Shown: positions 17,869-27,388, counted from the stretch's first letter. The stretch: DNA of 64,000 nucleotides from Nitrososphaerota archaeon (GCA_041641295.1 JBEPYO010000001.1:608001-672000); one strand, 5' to 3'. Made by a program: numbers and translations. Notes: generated from the letters alone by a model not told the origin.

Positions 17869-18633
17869 TTGGGCAGGCTTGACGGGCTAGTAGCTCTGGT
17901 AACCGGTTCGAGCAGGGGGATTGGTAGGGGCATAGCTGTAGAGATGGCTAGGGAGGGGGCGAAGCTAGCTATACACGCGACCCGTATAGAGGGTTTGAGG
18001 GAGACTGCTCAGACCCTCACCGAGCTGGGTGCAGACTTTGTGGAGCTTGCAGCAGACCTATCCCGGGCCGAGGCATGTGATAGGTTAGTGGACGAGACAG
18101 TCGAGAGGATGGGCAGAGTCGACATACTCGTTAATAATGCGGGGGTCAACGTTGCCAAGCCCGCATCGGAGCTAGGCCTTGACGAGTGGGACTGGGTGTT
18201 GGCTGTAAACCTTAAGGCCCCCTTCATCTGCTCGAGGCGCGCCGCCAAATACATGTCAAGTAGGAAGTGGGGTAGGATTATCAACATAGCCTCGGTGACC
18301 TCCTTCATGGGCATCGGGTGCAGAGCGGCCTACGCCTCTTCTAAGTCGGGTATACTGGGTCTGACCCGCACCCTAGCCCTTGAGTTGGCGCCGCATGGTG
18401 TCACGGTCAACGCTATAGCACCGGGATTCATTGCAACCGACATGGTTAAGCGGCGGATAGAGGAGGGGACACTCGACCTCGAGAGATTACTCAAGAGAAT
18501 ACCTCTTGGCAGGCTTGGAACCCCAGAGGAGGTGGGGAGGCTGGCGGCGTTCTTGGCAAGCCCCGAGGCCTCCTACATCACCGGCCAAGTCTTCGTGATT
18601 GACGGCGGGTTCCTAGCCAACGCCACTCCTTGA
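17869..18633 (+). CDS. short-chain dehydrogenase/reductase (FabG-like)
   Basis: [23 protein letters not shown]. Confidence 0.92.
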   Translation: MGRLDGLVALVTGSSRGIGRGIAVEMAREGAKLAIHATRIEGLRETAQTLTELGADFVELAADLSRAEACDRLVDETVERMGRVDILVNNAGVNVAKPASELGLDEWDWVLAVNLKAPFICSRRAAKYMSSRKWGRIINIASVTSFMGIGCRAAYASSKSGILGLTRTLALELAPHGVTVNAIAPGFIATDMVKRRIEEGTLDLERLLKRIPLGRLGTPEEVGRLAAFLASPEASYITGQVFVIDGGFLANATP

Positions 18634-18680
18634 AAAACTCGAATACGTTATTAAGCGGGGATTAGCAGTTCTGGTTGAGG

Positions 18681-19280
18681 ATGCCTAAAAAAGGCAGGAA
18701 TGGAGCGAGCCCCAGAGGAGGGCGCCACAAGCTATCATATCTTGTAGCCCTCATCCCCGCGGCTGTCTTCGTGGGTCTTATCGTGTTCCTATTATCACAG
18801 CCCGCCGCTCAGCCGCCCATCACACAGGTATCCCCTACAGCCGAGAGAAAGGAGGCACCGGACTTCGTATTGAGAAAGCTCACCCCCAACGGCCTGAGCG
18901 ATGAGACATTCACCCTTTCATCTGCCAGGGGTAGGGTGGTCTTCCTAGACTTCGCATGGTGGCGGTGCCCACATTGTAACAACATGGAGCCGGTGATTAA
19001 GGACCTCTACTCGGAGTTCAGCGGTCGAGGAGTCGTCTTCGTTACCGTGCTACTCGATGACATGCAGAGCAGTGTCTCGGATAGTGCCCGCTTCGTCGCC
19101 CAGCATGAAATTCCTTGGACGGCTCTCTGGGACGAGGGAGGGAGAGTTTTCAGCCGGTATGGAATAAGGGAGACCCCCACTTATGTCATAATAAACAGGG
19201 AGGGTAAGATTGTCACGGTCGTGAAGGGTGAGCAGCAAAGGCAGGTTCTCGCCGACATTTTGAGATCGGTTCTAGGGTGA
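18681..19280 (+). CDS. membrane-anchored TlpA/ResA-family thiol-disulfide oxidoreductase
   Basis: N-terminal TM helix, WRCPHC active site, YGIRETPT cis-Pro motif. Confidence 0.88.
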   Translation: MPKKGRNGASPRGGRHKLSYLVALIPAAVFVGLIVFLLSQPAAQPPITQVSPTAERKEAPDFVLRKLTPNGLSDETFTLSSARGRVVFLDFAWWRCPHCNNMEPVIKDLYSEFSGRGVVFVTVLLDDMQSSVSDSARFVAQHEIPWTALWDEGGRVFSRYGIRETPTYVIINREGKIVTVVKGEQQRQVLADILRSVLG

Positions 19281-19732
19281 TAGGTGGCTTGGGCCACTGG
19301 TCGCCTCCACGCATGGCGTACCTATCCTCAGCCATCCTCTCAGCCGCAGGTCTCCCCCTCTCGATCTATCTAGTCTCACCGGGCGAGCTCCCCCAGTTCT
19401 GCGAGGTTGGGAGCAGATTCTCCTGCGTGACGGTAATCCACAGCGAGTACTCCAGATTCATGGGCATACCTGTTGCAGCTGTTGGGGCTTTATGGTTTGG
19501 AGGGGCCCTAGCCCTGTCCTTGGCAGCGGTGGCTGGGCTCAGGGTTGGGAACATCCTCCTATACTGGTCGGTCCTAGGCGTTCTCGGCGCTCTGGCCCTA
19601 CTCTTCGTCGAGATATTCATGATAGGGAGTATATGCCTGCTCTGCACCTTTGCGCACGCAGCAGGGGCAGGGATCTTTGCAGCAGCCTACCTAGCACATA
19701 TCTGGACTCAGCCGCCCATAACCTCTGGGTAG
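19277..19732 (+). CDS. vitamin K epoxide reductase (VKOR)-family protein
   Basis: C..SC..V..SEYS..GIP motif, CLLC, TM helices. Confidence 0.88.
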   Translation: MIGGLGHWSPPRMAYLSSAILSAAGLPLSIYLVSPGELPQFCEVGSRFSCVTVIHSEYSRFMGIPVAAVGALWFGGALALSLAAVAGLRVGNILLYWSVLGVLGALALLFVEIFMIGSICLLCTFAHAAGAGIFAAAYLAHIWTQPPITSG

Positions 19733-19947
19733 AAGTAGAAAGTCTTCCCCACCTCCCTTATGACCTCACCCACCTCAGCAGCCTCGTCTATCACCTTCCC
19801 CCTACCCACAAGTTTAAAGAAGGCTCCAGAGACGCCTATCTCCCTCGAAACCCGGTCTATAAGCTGTTCTACACGCTCGTTGAGAGACACCTCGATCTTG
19901 AACCTCCGCGCAGGGCCTATGAGCGGTATAATCTCGATTACCTCCAT
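19708..19947 (-). CDS. ubiquitin-like beta-grasp protein ending in Gly-Gly
   Basis: 79 aa, ubiquitin-like core pattern, C-terminus PEVMGG, upstream TTAAAA box. Confidence 0.75.
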   Translation of the reverse strand: MEVIEIIPLIGPARRFKIEVSLNERVEQLIDRVSREIGVSGAFFKLVGRGKVIDEAAEVGEVIREVGKTFYFYPEVMGG

Positions 19948-20104
19948 TCCACCCGCCCTTCCGCACCCCCCATATTTTAAGGGAGCAGGATCTAGCGGGT
20001 GGGGGATTTCTTGGGTATATAGGGAAAATTATCGGACGCAGCTCGAGGTGGGGTGGAGAAAACTCTATTATCGGTTAGGGGGGTTTAGCTGTGAGCTGAG
20101 GGGC

Positions 20105-20545
20105 TTGGGAGCTGGGCTGGACGAGATGGATAGAAAAATCATAGAGTTGATGAGGCTTGACGCTAGGAGGAGCTATCAGTCAATAGGTAAAGAGCTCGGG
20201 GTCTCGGAGGGGACCGTCAGGAAGAGGGTGAAGAGGCTGATAGAGGCTGGAGTCATAAAGCGCTTCACAATTGAGGTTGAGAAGCCCCAGCAGGTCCAAG
20301 CAATATCCATGATCTCTGTAGACCCCTCTGTCCCAACCCCCGTCGTCGCCGAGAAGCTTGCGAAGGTCCGGGGGGTCGAGAAGGTCTACGAGATCACAGG
20401 AGAATATGACGCCTTAGTCATTATCTCTATGGATAGCATCGCAGAGCTTAACAGGTGTATTGAGGAGATTAGGATGATTCAGGGTGTGAAGGAAACTAAC
20501 ACGGCGATGGTTCTCAGGGTCGTGACCCCTCAATTAGCCGGATGA
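20105..20545 (+). CDS. lysM: Lrp/AsnC-family regulator, LysM-like
   Basis: DARRSY..IGKELGVSEGTVRKR HTH, plus PTP and VYEITGEYD RAM-domain features resembling Sulfolobus LysM. TTG start inferred. Confidence 0.75.
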   Translation: MGAGLDEMDRKIIELMRLDARRSYQSIGKELGVSEGTVRKRVKRLIEAGVIKRFTIEVEKPQQVQAISMISVDPSVPTPVVAEKLAKVRGVEKVYEITGEYDALVIISMDSIAELNRCIEEIRMIQGVKETNTAMVLRVVTPQLAG

Positions 20546-21023
20546 CCTTCTCGACAGCCTCCTTGGGAGTCTGTGCAGTGTGTATGAGAGTCTTGTGCCT
20601 ATCGTCTAAATACTTGCCAGCGTATTCATCCGCTACGCCCCCTGAGCCCACTAAGGCGACGACGGGTTTCTCCTCCAAGTAGGCCGCCGCGACCTCTATG
20701 AGGGTTCCCGCACCTCCGCCAACCACTATGACACCGTCCGCCGACCAGACATTAACCATGTTCCTCATGTGGCTTAGCCCCGTCGCGATCTTGACAGTGC
20801 TATAGGGGTTGGCCTGCGAGGTGTCCTTCTGGGGCAGGATAGATACAGTGATGCCTCCGTGCTCGTAGGCTCCCCTCGCCGCCGAGGCCATCACTCCACC
20901 AAGCCCGCCCGTCAGAAGAATATGTCCACGCCGCGCAACCTCCGCACCCACCTCATAGGCTAAAGCCCTAGCTACGTCGGTACAGGAATCCTCGTTATAG
21001 CCCACAACAAGTATCTGATACAT
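20514..21023 (-). CDS. TIGR00725 / LOG-like Rossmann-fold protein
   Basis: TGGLGGVM, RN..NV, GGGAGTLIE motifs. Confidence 0.85.
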   Translation of the reverse strand: MYQILVVGYNEDSCTDVARALAYEVGAEVARRGHILLTGGLGGVMASAARGAYEHGGITVSILPQKDTSQANPYSTVKIATGLSHMRNMVNVWSADGVIVVGGGAGTLIEVAAAYLEEKPVVALVGSGGVADEYAGKYLDDRHKTLIHTAQTPKEAVEKVIRLIEGSRP

Positions 21024-21079
21024 GTGTAGCCACCTCCGTAGACTTACACCTTCCTACCATCTCAAAAAATGTGCCTTTT

Positions 21080-21607
21080 TTAAGGGCGGTGTCGCCTGTG
21101 CTTTCCCTCACCCTTGGCCTGGTTCACCGCCGCATCCACGACGTTGGCGTCCATCAGGGCGAGTAGGAGTTCGTCATAGTTCTTCTCAATATCCACTAGG
21201 GCGCTGTCGGGGGAGGTTATGTCCACCATTCTTTTACATTTCCAGACATACCCACCGCCCTTAAGATTCAGCCTAGTGAACACACCCACAAGCCTTCTGT
21301 CCAAGTCGTAGTTAGGCCACGGCAGGATGTATTCGACAAAGCAGAATCTGTACGCTTTCTCATGGACATCCCCGTAGAAGGTGTTGAAGTAGAGGTTGAG
21401 CGGCTCATCCCTCACATAGGTCTCCCAAGTCGTGTACCGCGTGTAGAATGGGACCCAGCCATCCTCCCGGAGCTCCATATCCTCCAGGGAGATTGGGCGC
21501 TTCCAAGCAGATGGAAAGAACCCGCGCATCTCAAGGAGCGGTAAAATTGCCCTCTGAATAATCCCCTGCCTCATCAACTCTATCCTCTCCCTGAGGCTAA
21601 GATTCAT
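21080..21607 (-). CDS. hypothetical protein
   Basis: 175-aa ORF with ATG start and upstream GTGATGAGG; no recognised motif. Confidence 0.65.
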   Translation of the reverse strand: MNLSLRERIELMRQGIIQRAILPLLEMRGFFPSAWKRPISLEDMELREDGWVPFYTRYTTWETYVRDEPLNLYFNTFYGDVHEKAYRFCFVEYILPWPNYDLDRRLVGVFTRLNLKGGGYVWKCKRMVDITSPDSALVDIEKNYDELLLALMDANVVDAAVNQAKGEGKHRRHRP

Positions 21608-21731
21608 TCCTCATCACTCGCCAAGCAGCTCGGCCACGACCCGCGAGCCAATCATTCTCCGCCAAACGGACGCTAAATCTTACTACATAGCGGTTTAAAT
21701 AACCTTAACTCAGTTATGAGAGAGGGTCAAA

Positions 21732-22511
21732 ATGATAGTCGTAGACGCTAATGAGGCCTCTGAGAACTCTAAGATGGTTGAGGCTCTTAAAAAAGTGGTG
21801 GAAGTCGCCGTCAAGCCCTTGGAGGCGGGAGACTACCTGATACTCGGCTCGAGGGGACAGGCGCTCATAGAGAGGAAGAGGATCTTCGACTTTCTAAACA
21901 GCTTGAAGGGTAGGCTGTGGGACCAGCTTACCGCCCTCAAGAGCTTCGAGGGTGAGAAGCTGCTTATTCTTGAGGGCTACCTGGGGCTTTATAGGAAGAG
22001 TAAGTGGAATGAGACAGCGGTTCTCGGGCTGATCGACCGGATCGTGCTGGAGTGGGGGATACCGATTATACCCACGCCCGACGTAAGGGCCACGCTCACT
22101 TATCTGGTGTGGAAGCATAAGAGGCTGGGCGAGGAGGAGAGGCTTAGAGAGTATCCTTTGAGGGTCAGTGGTAGGGAGATGACACCCCAAGAGCAGGCGC
22201 TCTACACGCTTGAGGGCCTCTGCGGACACAAGACAGCCAAGGCCCTCCTAGCCCAGTTCAAGACGCTGGGAAACGTTATAGCCATCTTCCACAACCGCCC
22301 GATACTTGAAGTCGAGAAGGCGCTCAGGGATGTAAAGGTTGGGGGGCGCAGAATACCTTCAACCACGATAAAGAAGATGCATGTAGCCGTAAACACGGTT
22401 TATACGGAGCCCAGCCAAGCTGGTGTGGAGGGTGTCGATGCCCAGTCCAGCAGAGAGAGCGGAGAAGGTGATGGCAGCAGTCAGGGAGCTCAAGGAGAAG
22501 GGGGGTTATGA
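21732..22511 (+). CDS. ERCC4/XPF-family structure-specific nuclease (short form)
   Basis: VDANE, GDY...IERK..DF..S..GRLWDQ nuclease motif, HhH-like C-terminus. Confidence 0.88.
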   Translation: MIVVDANEASENSKMVEALKKVVEVAVKPLEAGDYLILGSRGQALIERKRIFDFLNSLKGRLWDQLTALKSFEGEKLLILEGYLGLYRKSKWNETAVLGLIDRIVLEWGIPIIPTPDVRATLTYLVWKHKRLGEEERLREYPLRVSGREMTPQEQALYTLEGLCGHKTAKALLAQFKTLGNVIAIFHNRPILEVEKALRDVKVGGRRIPSTTIKKMHVAVNTVYTEPSQAGVEGVDAQSSRESGEGDGSSQGAQGEGGL

Positions 22512-22860
22512 AAAGGCCTACGAGCTGATAAATCAGATCAAGGACCTATGCCCGCCGGGAATCGAGTGGGGCTTCGAGCTGGCCAGGGTGGCGGGAATCT
22601 CATACATCGCTGAGGGAGGCAGGATAGTGGTCCTGAGCGTATCGAGGGGTGAGTTCGGCCCCTTCATGGATTCGCGGATGAGGGTGATCTCGGTGGACAA
22701 TATCCCTGTCAATGCCCTGTCAGGCGTAGTATCTGACCCCGAAGGCTTCCTCGACTCTTTCGTCAACCACCTACATCAGTGGCTTAAGAGCTCATCCCCA
22801 AACAACCCTCTGCGGTCTGAAGTATTAGAGTTTGTTAAAGCGCTATCCGCTAAGAGGTAG
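22438..22860 (+). CDS. hypothetical protein
   Basis: ORF overlapping the end of the ERCC4 gene; ATG 22438 preceded by GGAGGGTG. Confidence 0.6.
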   Translation: MPSPAERAEKVMAAVRELKEKGGYEKAYELINQIKDLCPPGIEWGFELARVAGISYIAEGGRIVVLSVSRGEFGPFMDSRMRVISVDNIPVNALSGVVSDPEGFLDSFVNHLHQWLKSSSPNNPLRSEVLEFVKALSAKR

Positions 22861-22869
22861 GCAGCCCAC

Positions 22870-23340
22870 CTACCCTTTCAGCCGCTTTATTATCTCCTCA
22901 GCCTCGAGCTTACCCTTCTCGGAGAGCCTGTAGATCTTCACTCCCGACTGGTCGGTGTCGGCCACGAAGTGGTCCTTGTAGGGCTTTCTGAAGAACTCGG
23001 TGTCAAGCCAGCTCTTCGGCACCTCCTTCCCCAGCTCCCGCGTCCTCTGGTTTATCTGCTCCCTACTCATGGGCCCCTCATAGTAGAGTAGCAGCTCGAC
23101 AAGCTCCCTATACGTGAGTGATTCGAGGTGTTGTAGGAGGTCCTGCGGAAACCTCTTGGCTGCCTGCTGGGCCGAAGGTGCGTGTTCTTGTGCGAGATGC
23201 CCCACCGACTGCTGGGCGAGCGCCACGGCCTCCCCCAGCCCCGACGCCTCAACCGAGCCCCGAACCCTAAGCTTCAGCATCGGCGATAACTGAAGCTCAA
23301 CCTCCACCTCATACTCTCTATTCTTTTCTCCGTGCTGCAT
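22870..23340 (-). CDS. hypothetical protein with a C-terminal winged-helix-like domain
   Basis: GPMSREQI...YRLSEKG pattern. Confidence 0.6.
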   Translation of the reverse strand: MQHGEKNREYEVEVELQLSPMLKLRVRGSVEASGLGEAVALAQQSVGHLAQEHAPSAQQAAKRFPQDLLQHLESLTYRELVELLLYYEGPMSREQINQRTRELGKEVPKSWLDTEFFRKPYKDHFVADTDQSGVKIYRLSEKGKLEAEEIIKRLKG

Positions 23341-23372
23341 AGCATAAGATGGGCCCAGATACAATAAATCCT

Positions 23373-23906
23373 TTAACCGCTTGGACGTGGCTCGGTTTTT
23401 CCAAGACTAAGGATCTGTGAGGGCCTGAGTACCGATACTCCAGTGACACCTCCGAGGACCTCTATTAGCACTATCCAGTCGGGGTTCTCGAGGTTCACTT
23501 TGCGGTCCACCCTGGCCGCTACCGCCTCTATCACCTCGCGGCTCGAGAGCTGCGTGTGCCGCTTCTCCACGACCACCTTATACGTCGCATCAGGCGGTAT
23601 CTTGTCCTTCAGCCGGTCTACAGTCGCGGCTATCTCCTCAATCTTGCTTTGGGCCACAAGCTCTACAGGTATCAGCCTCATGATGCCCTCCACCTTGATG
23701 GGCTCCTTGGCTGCAATCTCTCTAGCCCTCTCGACGACCTGGAATGGGTCTAGCCGAGTGTAGGCCGTTAAGACGCCCTGAATCTTGGTTATCTCCACCT
23801 GGGGGTTCTCGTCACCCATCTCGCCCAGGAGGCTTGATAGTGTTGCTACACCCAGGACCTCCTGCCCTCTAAGGGTTGTCGCTATCAAGTTGAATGGCCT
23901 GGTCAT
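23373..23906 (-). CDS. THUMP-domain RNA-binding protein
   Basis: FNLIATT, TYKVVVEKR, KVNLENPDWIVLIEVLG. Confidence 0.88.
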   Translation of the reverse strand: MTRPFNLIATTLRGQEVLGVATLSSLLGEMGDENPQVEITKIQGVLTAYTRLDPFQVVERAREIAAKEPIKVEGIMRLIPVELVAQSKIEEIAATVDRLKDKIPPDATYKVVVEKRHTQLSSREVIEAVAARVDRKVNLENPDWIVLIEVLGGVTGVSVLRPSQILSLGKTEPRPSG

Positions 23907-24317
23907 CCGGCTAGTAAAGGTGCGCGCAGGGACAAAAACATCTCTCACCACCATTAGAGGGGTATCTCGGCTAACCTCCTGCCTCGTAGAACGCCTGGCC
24001 AGTCGGGCAAACCCCCATCTAAGAGGCTTGCACTATCCAAAACCAGAAAAACCAGCACATACATTTAAACAAATAGACATCACGGCGAAAATAGTGTAAC
24101 AAAATAAACCTATCACATGGGATTCCAGGCATTTACTAAGAACGGAGAGATAGAGCGTGATAATAGCACCGTCAGCGAGTTTTTGTCATGGGGTCAGAAA
24201 CATGACCACTGGTTCTCTAAGAAGCATGATTGGTCTCCTTTGCTCAGGATTGAGGCTACGCTTGGCAAGAACTATCTTATATTAAGGTGCATCCCAGACT
24301 TAGCCATAATACAACAC

Positions 24318-24950
24318 CTACAACCATCCTAGAAGGGCCTCCACTAGTGAACTAACGTTACTGCTGTTGCTGATGAGGATGGAGGGATGTGAATGATCTC
24401 CTTCGCGCTCCATCTTAAAGCCTACCTGAGGCGGGTCGAAGTAAGCGGGGTTTCTTACGACCCCTGTCTCTGTAGTAATCTTATCCAATCCAGCCATTTC
24501 CAAGGCCACGAAGAACTTGGAGGTAGCCCCACCTATCATAACTAGCTTCGCACCGCTTAAAGCAGCATTTCTAAGGAAGACAAGTAGCCTAGGATCACTC
24601 AAACTCTTCTCGAACCACTCGCCTCCGAATACGACCAACGTGTTAGCGCTCAGCGCCACATCTCCCGGAATATCTGCTAAAGATGTTATACGAGCCCCTC
24701 TAAATTCAAGCTCTTTAACAACTTCAGACGCCAACTTACCACCGCCTATATGAAGAACCATAAAATTACTTAAATCGCGCTGCACGCTCCATCCTCCCGG
24801 TGTTTGAATACTCCGTGACCACATTGTTGATAGTAGAAAACTTGAAGATAATATAATGATTAATGCTGATAGTACAATCAACCCCAACATAATCATGCTT
24901 TTTCTTTCTTTGATCGATAAAAGTTTCCTATCTACATGGATTATCATCAC
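24318..24950 (-). CDS. membrane-anchored hypothetical protein
   Basis: N-terminal TM helix followed by an alpha/beta domain. Confidence 0.6.
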   Translation of the reverse strand: MMIIHVDRKLLSIKERKSMIMLGLIVLSALIIILSSSFLLSTMWSRSIQTPGGWSVQRDLSNFMVLHIGGGKLASEVVKELEFRGARITSLADIPGDVALSANTLVVFGGEWFEKSLSDPRLLVFLRNAALSGAKLVMIGGATSKFFVALEMAGLDKITTETGVVRNPAYFDPPQVGFKMEREGDHSHPSILISNSSNVSSLVEALLGWL

Positions 24951-25326
24951 TAAGCTTGTATTGTCAACTTCTACTTAAGCTTAGTTCATATTCTCATTTA
25001 AGGTGGTTGTATCCGCGACAGGCCTGTTACCGAATGGGCTCTCTCATATGCGCTTACATTCTGGAGAGGATTATCAAGACGGCACCAATCTCTATCAGGC
25101 CTAATAAATTGACAAGTGTCCCGACACAGCCCACTTTCACGGTACTGAAGACTGCCTCATTTAAGATGTTGTCGCTAAAATGCTAACTATACAAAATATG
25201 AAGACTCTTAAAAAGGACTGTGATAGACTCCATCAGACCTTAAATGACCTCCCTTATATTTGGACACCACATACCAAAAAATAAAAGAAAGGTAAGTAAT
25301 GCTTAGTATATGGAGGGTAGCGGTAT

Positions 25327-26337
25327 TTGAAAAACGTCACCCTCATTTTTGACGATAAATGTGCTATATGTCGGAGACTTGCCACTGATGTGAAAAAATA
25401 TTCTTATGGGTTAATAAGGGCATTACCGCTTGACAGCGGCGAATCGAAAGAGTTGCTCCATAAACTATATGGTGAACACCCTCCCAACAGCTTCTTTCTA
25501 ATTCAGCAAGATGGAAGCTATATACAGGTGAGTTATGGTATCAGGGCAGCTTTTAAAATAGCTAGTCTGGTGGGTCTCAAGAATGCTGTGAGGCTTTTTG
25601 CATCTTATCTCGACTATCACAGGGTGCTCAGGAGGTCGTTGAGGTCAAACATATGCTGTAATAATGGAACTATAGCGATTAATGTGGCTAAACGTCGAAC
25701 ATTAAACTTCCTAATTAGGGGCGGGGTCTTATTAGCATTTTACGCATTGCTAGGGTCTTGGCTTATTCCCAAGACTCTCGGAGAACAGCGGGAAAGACCT
25801 ATAAGAATAATTGAGACAAGACGAGTAGCTGGTGAAGAAAAAAGGAATATCTTAGGGGGTGTCATCTCTGATAATGACTTCCTAAATGCAATGCACTGGC
25901 TAATCAGAAATTCCTTCACGCCTCAGATCAATGACGCTAGCGTGGAGCATATTTTTGCCCAGGCTGGTGAGACACAGCTGGTCTTTCTCAAAGTACAAAT
26001 ACCATTCAGAGGTGAGGGGGACCCCCAACTGCTCTTCATAAGAGGCATAGAGGGTCCGCTGAAGGATGAAAAAGTGGCTCTAGCGTCTTATATTTCTCCA
26101 GATGGCCACCAACACGGATTCGCGAGTAAAGATGGAATAACCAGAGAGGTTACCTATGGGAGCCATGATCCTCTAGGCTGCGGAATCTGCTTAGCCAGAT
26201 GCGTGGTGCTCACTTGCTGGACATGTTGGATCGCATGCGCATATGCGTCTACGGGTGTAGGTGTTGCGCTTTGCCTCGTATGCACCCTAGTATCTTGTCC
26301 ATTCTGTTTTACGGGGTGTTACTCGTACTGTCGGTAG
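25327..26337 (+). CDS. DCC-type thioredoxin domain plus Tat-like signal plus Cys-rich C-terminal peptide (halocin C8-like precursor)
   Basis: FDDKCAIC (DxxCxxC), KRRTLNFL followed by a hydrophobic helix, 12 Cys in the last 52 aa, GGAGGGT SD-like sequence before the TTG start. Confidence 0.7.
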   Translation: MKNVTLIFDDKCAICRRLATDVKKYSYGLIRALPLDSGESKELLHKLYGEHPPNSFFLIQQDGSYIQVSYGIRAAFKIASLVGLKNAVRLFASYLDYHRVLRRSLRSNICCNNGTIAINVAKRRTLNFLIRGGVLLAFYALLGSWLIPKTLGEQRERPIRIIETRRVAGEEKRNILGGVISDNDFLNAMHWLIRNSFTPQINDASVEHIFAQAGETQLVFLKVQIPFRGEGDPQLLFIRGIEGPLKDEKVALASYISPDGHQHGFASKDGITREVTYGSHDPLGCGICLARCVVLTCWTCWIACAYASTGVGVALCLVCTLVSCPFCFTGCYSYCR

Positions 26338-26370
26338 GTTGTCAAACCCTTTTGATAGGTGTTAGCGACC

Positions 26371-26730
26371 ATGTCTATGGATTATGATTGGAAGAGAGCT
26401 AGGAGAATTGCAGTATATCACATAATGTTGGGATTGATGTTTTTAATACCTACTTTACTTGGTCCATTTGCTCTGCTCTTAAACTTAGACGTATATTGGC
26501 CTCGTGGTTGGTATTGGTTATATGTAGCTCCGCCGATATACGGGTCTATGGCAGTCCACAACTTCCTTATAGCTTATGGTCTACGGAGGAAGAGGCCTTG
26601 GGCGTGGCGTGAGACGGCTCTCAAGGACCCAAGATGGTACGCCTCAAGACGCTCAATACTCTCGGCAATAGCAATAACAATCATAATAGTTGTGTCAATT
26701 ATAATATTATTTTTTTCATATGCGGGGTGA
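26371..26730 (+). CDS. small multi-pass membrane protein (candidate immunity protein)
   Basis: About 3 hydrophobic helices; directly downstream of the Cys-rich precursor gene. Confidence 0.6.
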   Translation: MSMDYDWKRARRIAVYHIMLGLMFLIPTLLGPFALLLNLDVYWPRGWYWLYVAPPIYGSMAVHNFLIAYGLRRKRPWAWRETALKDPRWYASRRSILSAIAITIIIVVSIIILFFSYAG

Positions 26731-27111
26731 TGCTCTCACGTTCCAGCCCCTCACAACCTTGTAGACATACTTGATGACCTTATCGTCGAAGGGCCTCCAC
26801 TATTGTGGATGTGGATGACGCCATAGAACACTCTCTCATCTCTTCAGCAGTATATGAAATATGTATCATCCACCCACCTCAGTCTCCTTGGCCTCTAATA
26901 CTCCAGTGCAAACATCGCCCTCGTCGTCCCTCAGCTCAAACTCCTTCAGCTTGGCAATTCTCTCGGATAGCGGCTCATCAAACCTGACATAAGTCCGCCA
27001 GGGCCTATACCCTTTAGACGAATATTCCAACCACTCACGGTTGCTCGAATTGGGAGTAGTGGATATAAACGGTTGAGGCCCGACAGAACAGAACACCCCA
27101 GATCTAAACAA
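26730..27111 (-). pseudogene. probable degraded gene remnant
   Basis: Short protein-like frames (…VRFDEPLSERIAKLKEFEL…; …PFDDKVIKYVYKVVRGW…) broken by stops or frameshifts. Confidence 0.3.
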
Positions 27112-27388
27112 CCAAAATCACTAATGAAGGGAATAATAAGAGAGTGAACAGGAGAATTAGGACAAGAAGGAAAAATAGGGGAAGTTGGCCGGGCGGCACT
27201 CCACCAGAGAACCCGGAAGATCCAGGCAGCAGTGCTACGACCTAAGCTTGTTGGGGGTTAAAATCCTTATATCTGATGGAAGAGTATTGGTATAGTCCAC
27301 TTTGAGGACAGGGTTATAGAGATTCCCACACAAGCTAAGAAGTTAACAGTTAAATCCCTGGTTGTGTTGATATGATTTAAGATGCCTC

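Larger units (their letters stand above)
24050..27200. other. AT-rich accessory islet (boundaries approximate)
   Basis: Visibly higher A+T and lower coding density than the flanks; no integrase or transposase recognised. Confidence 0.55.

Noticed and set aside
24117-25186. Short ORFs 24117..24332 and 24956..25186
   Set aside because: No motifs or convincing starts; probably non-coding or decayed sequence.
26866-27111. Weak resemblance (IAKLKEF versus IAAKLGEF) to the 44848..45540 protein
   Set aside because: Only a few residues match, which is not supportable without a profile search.
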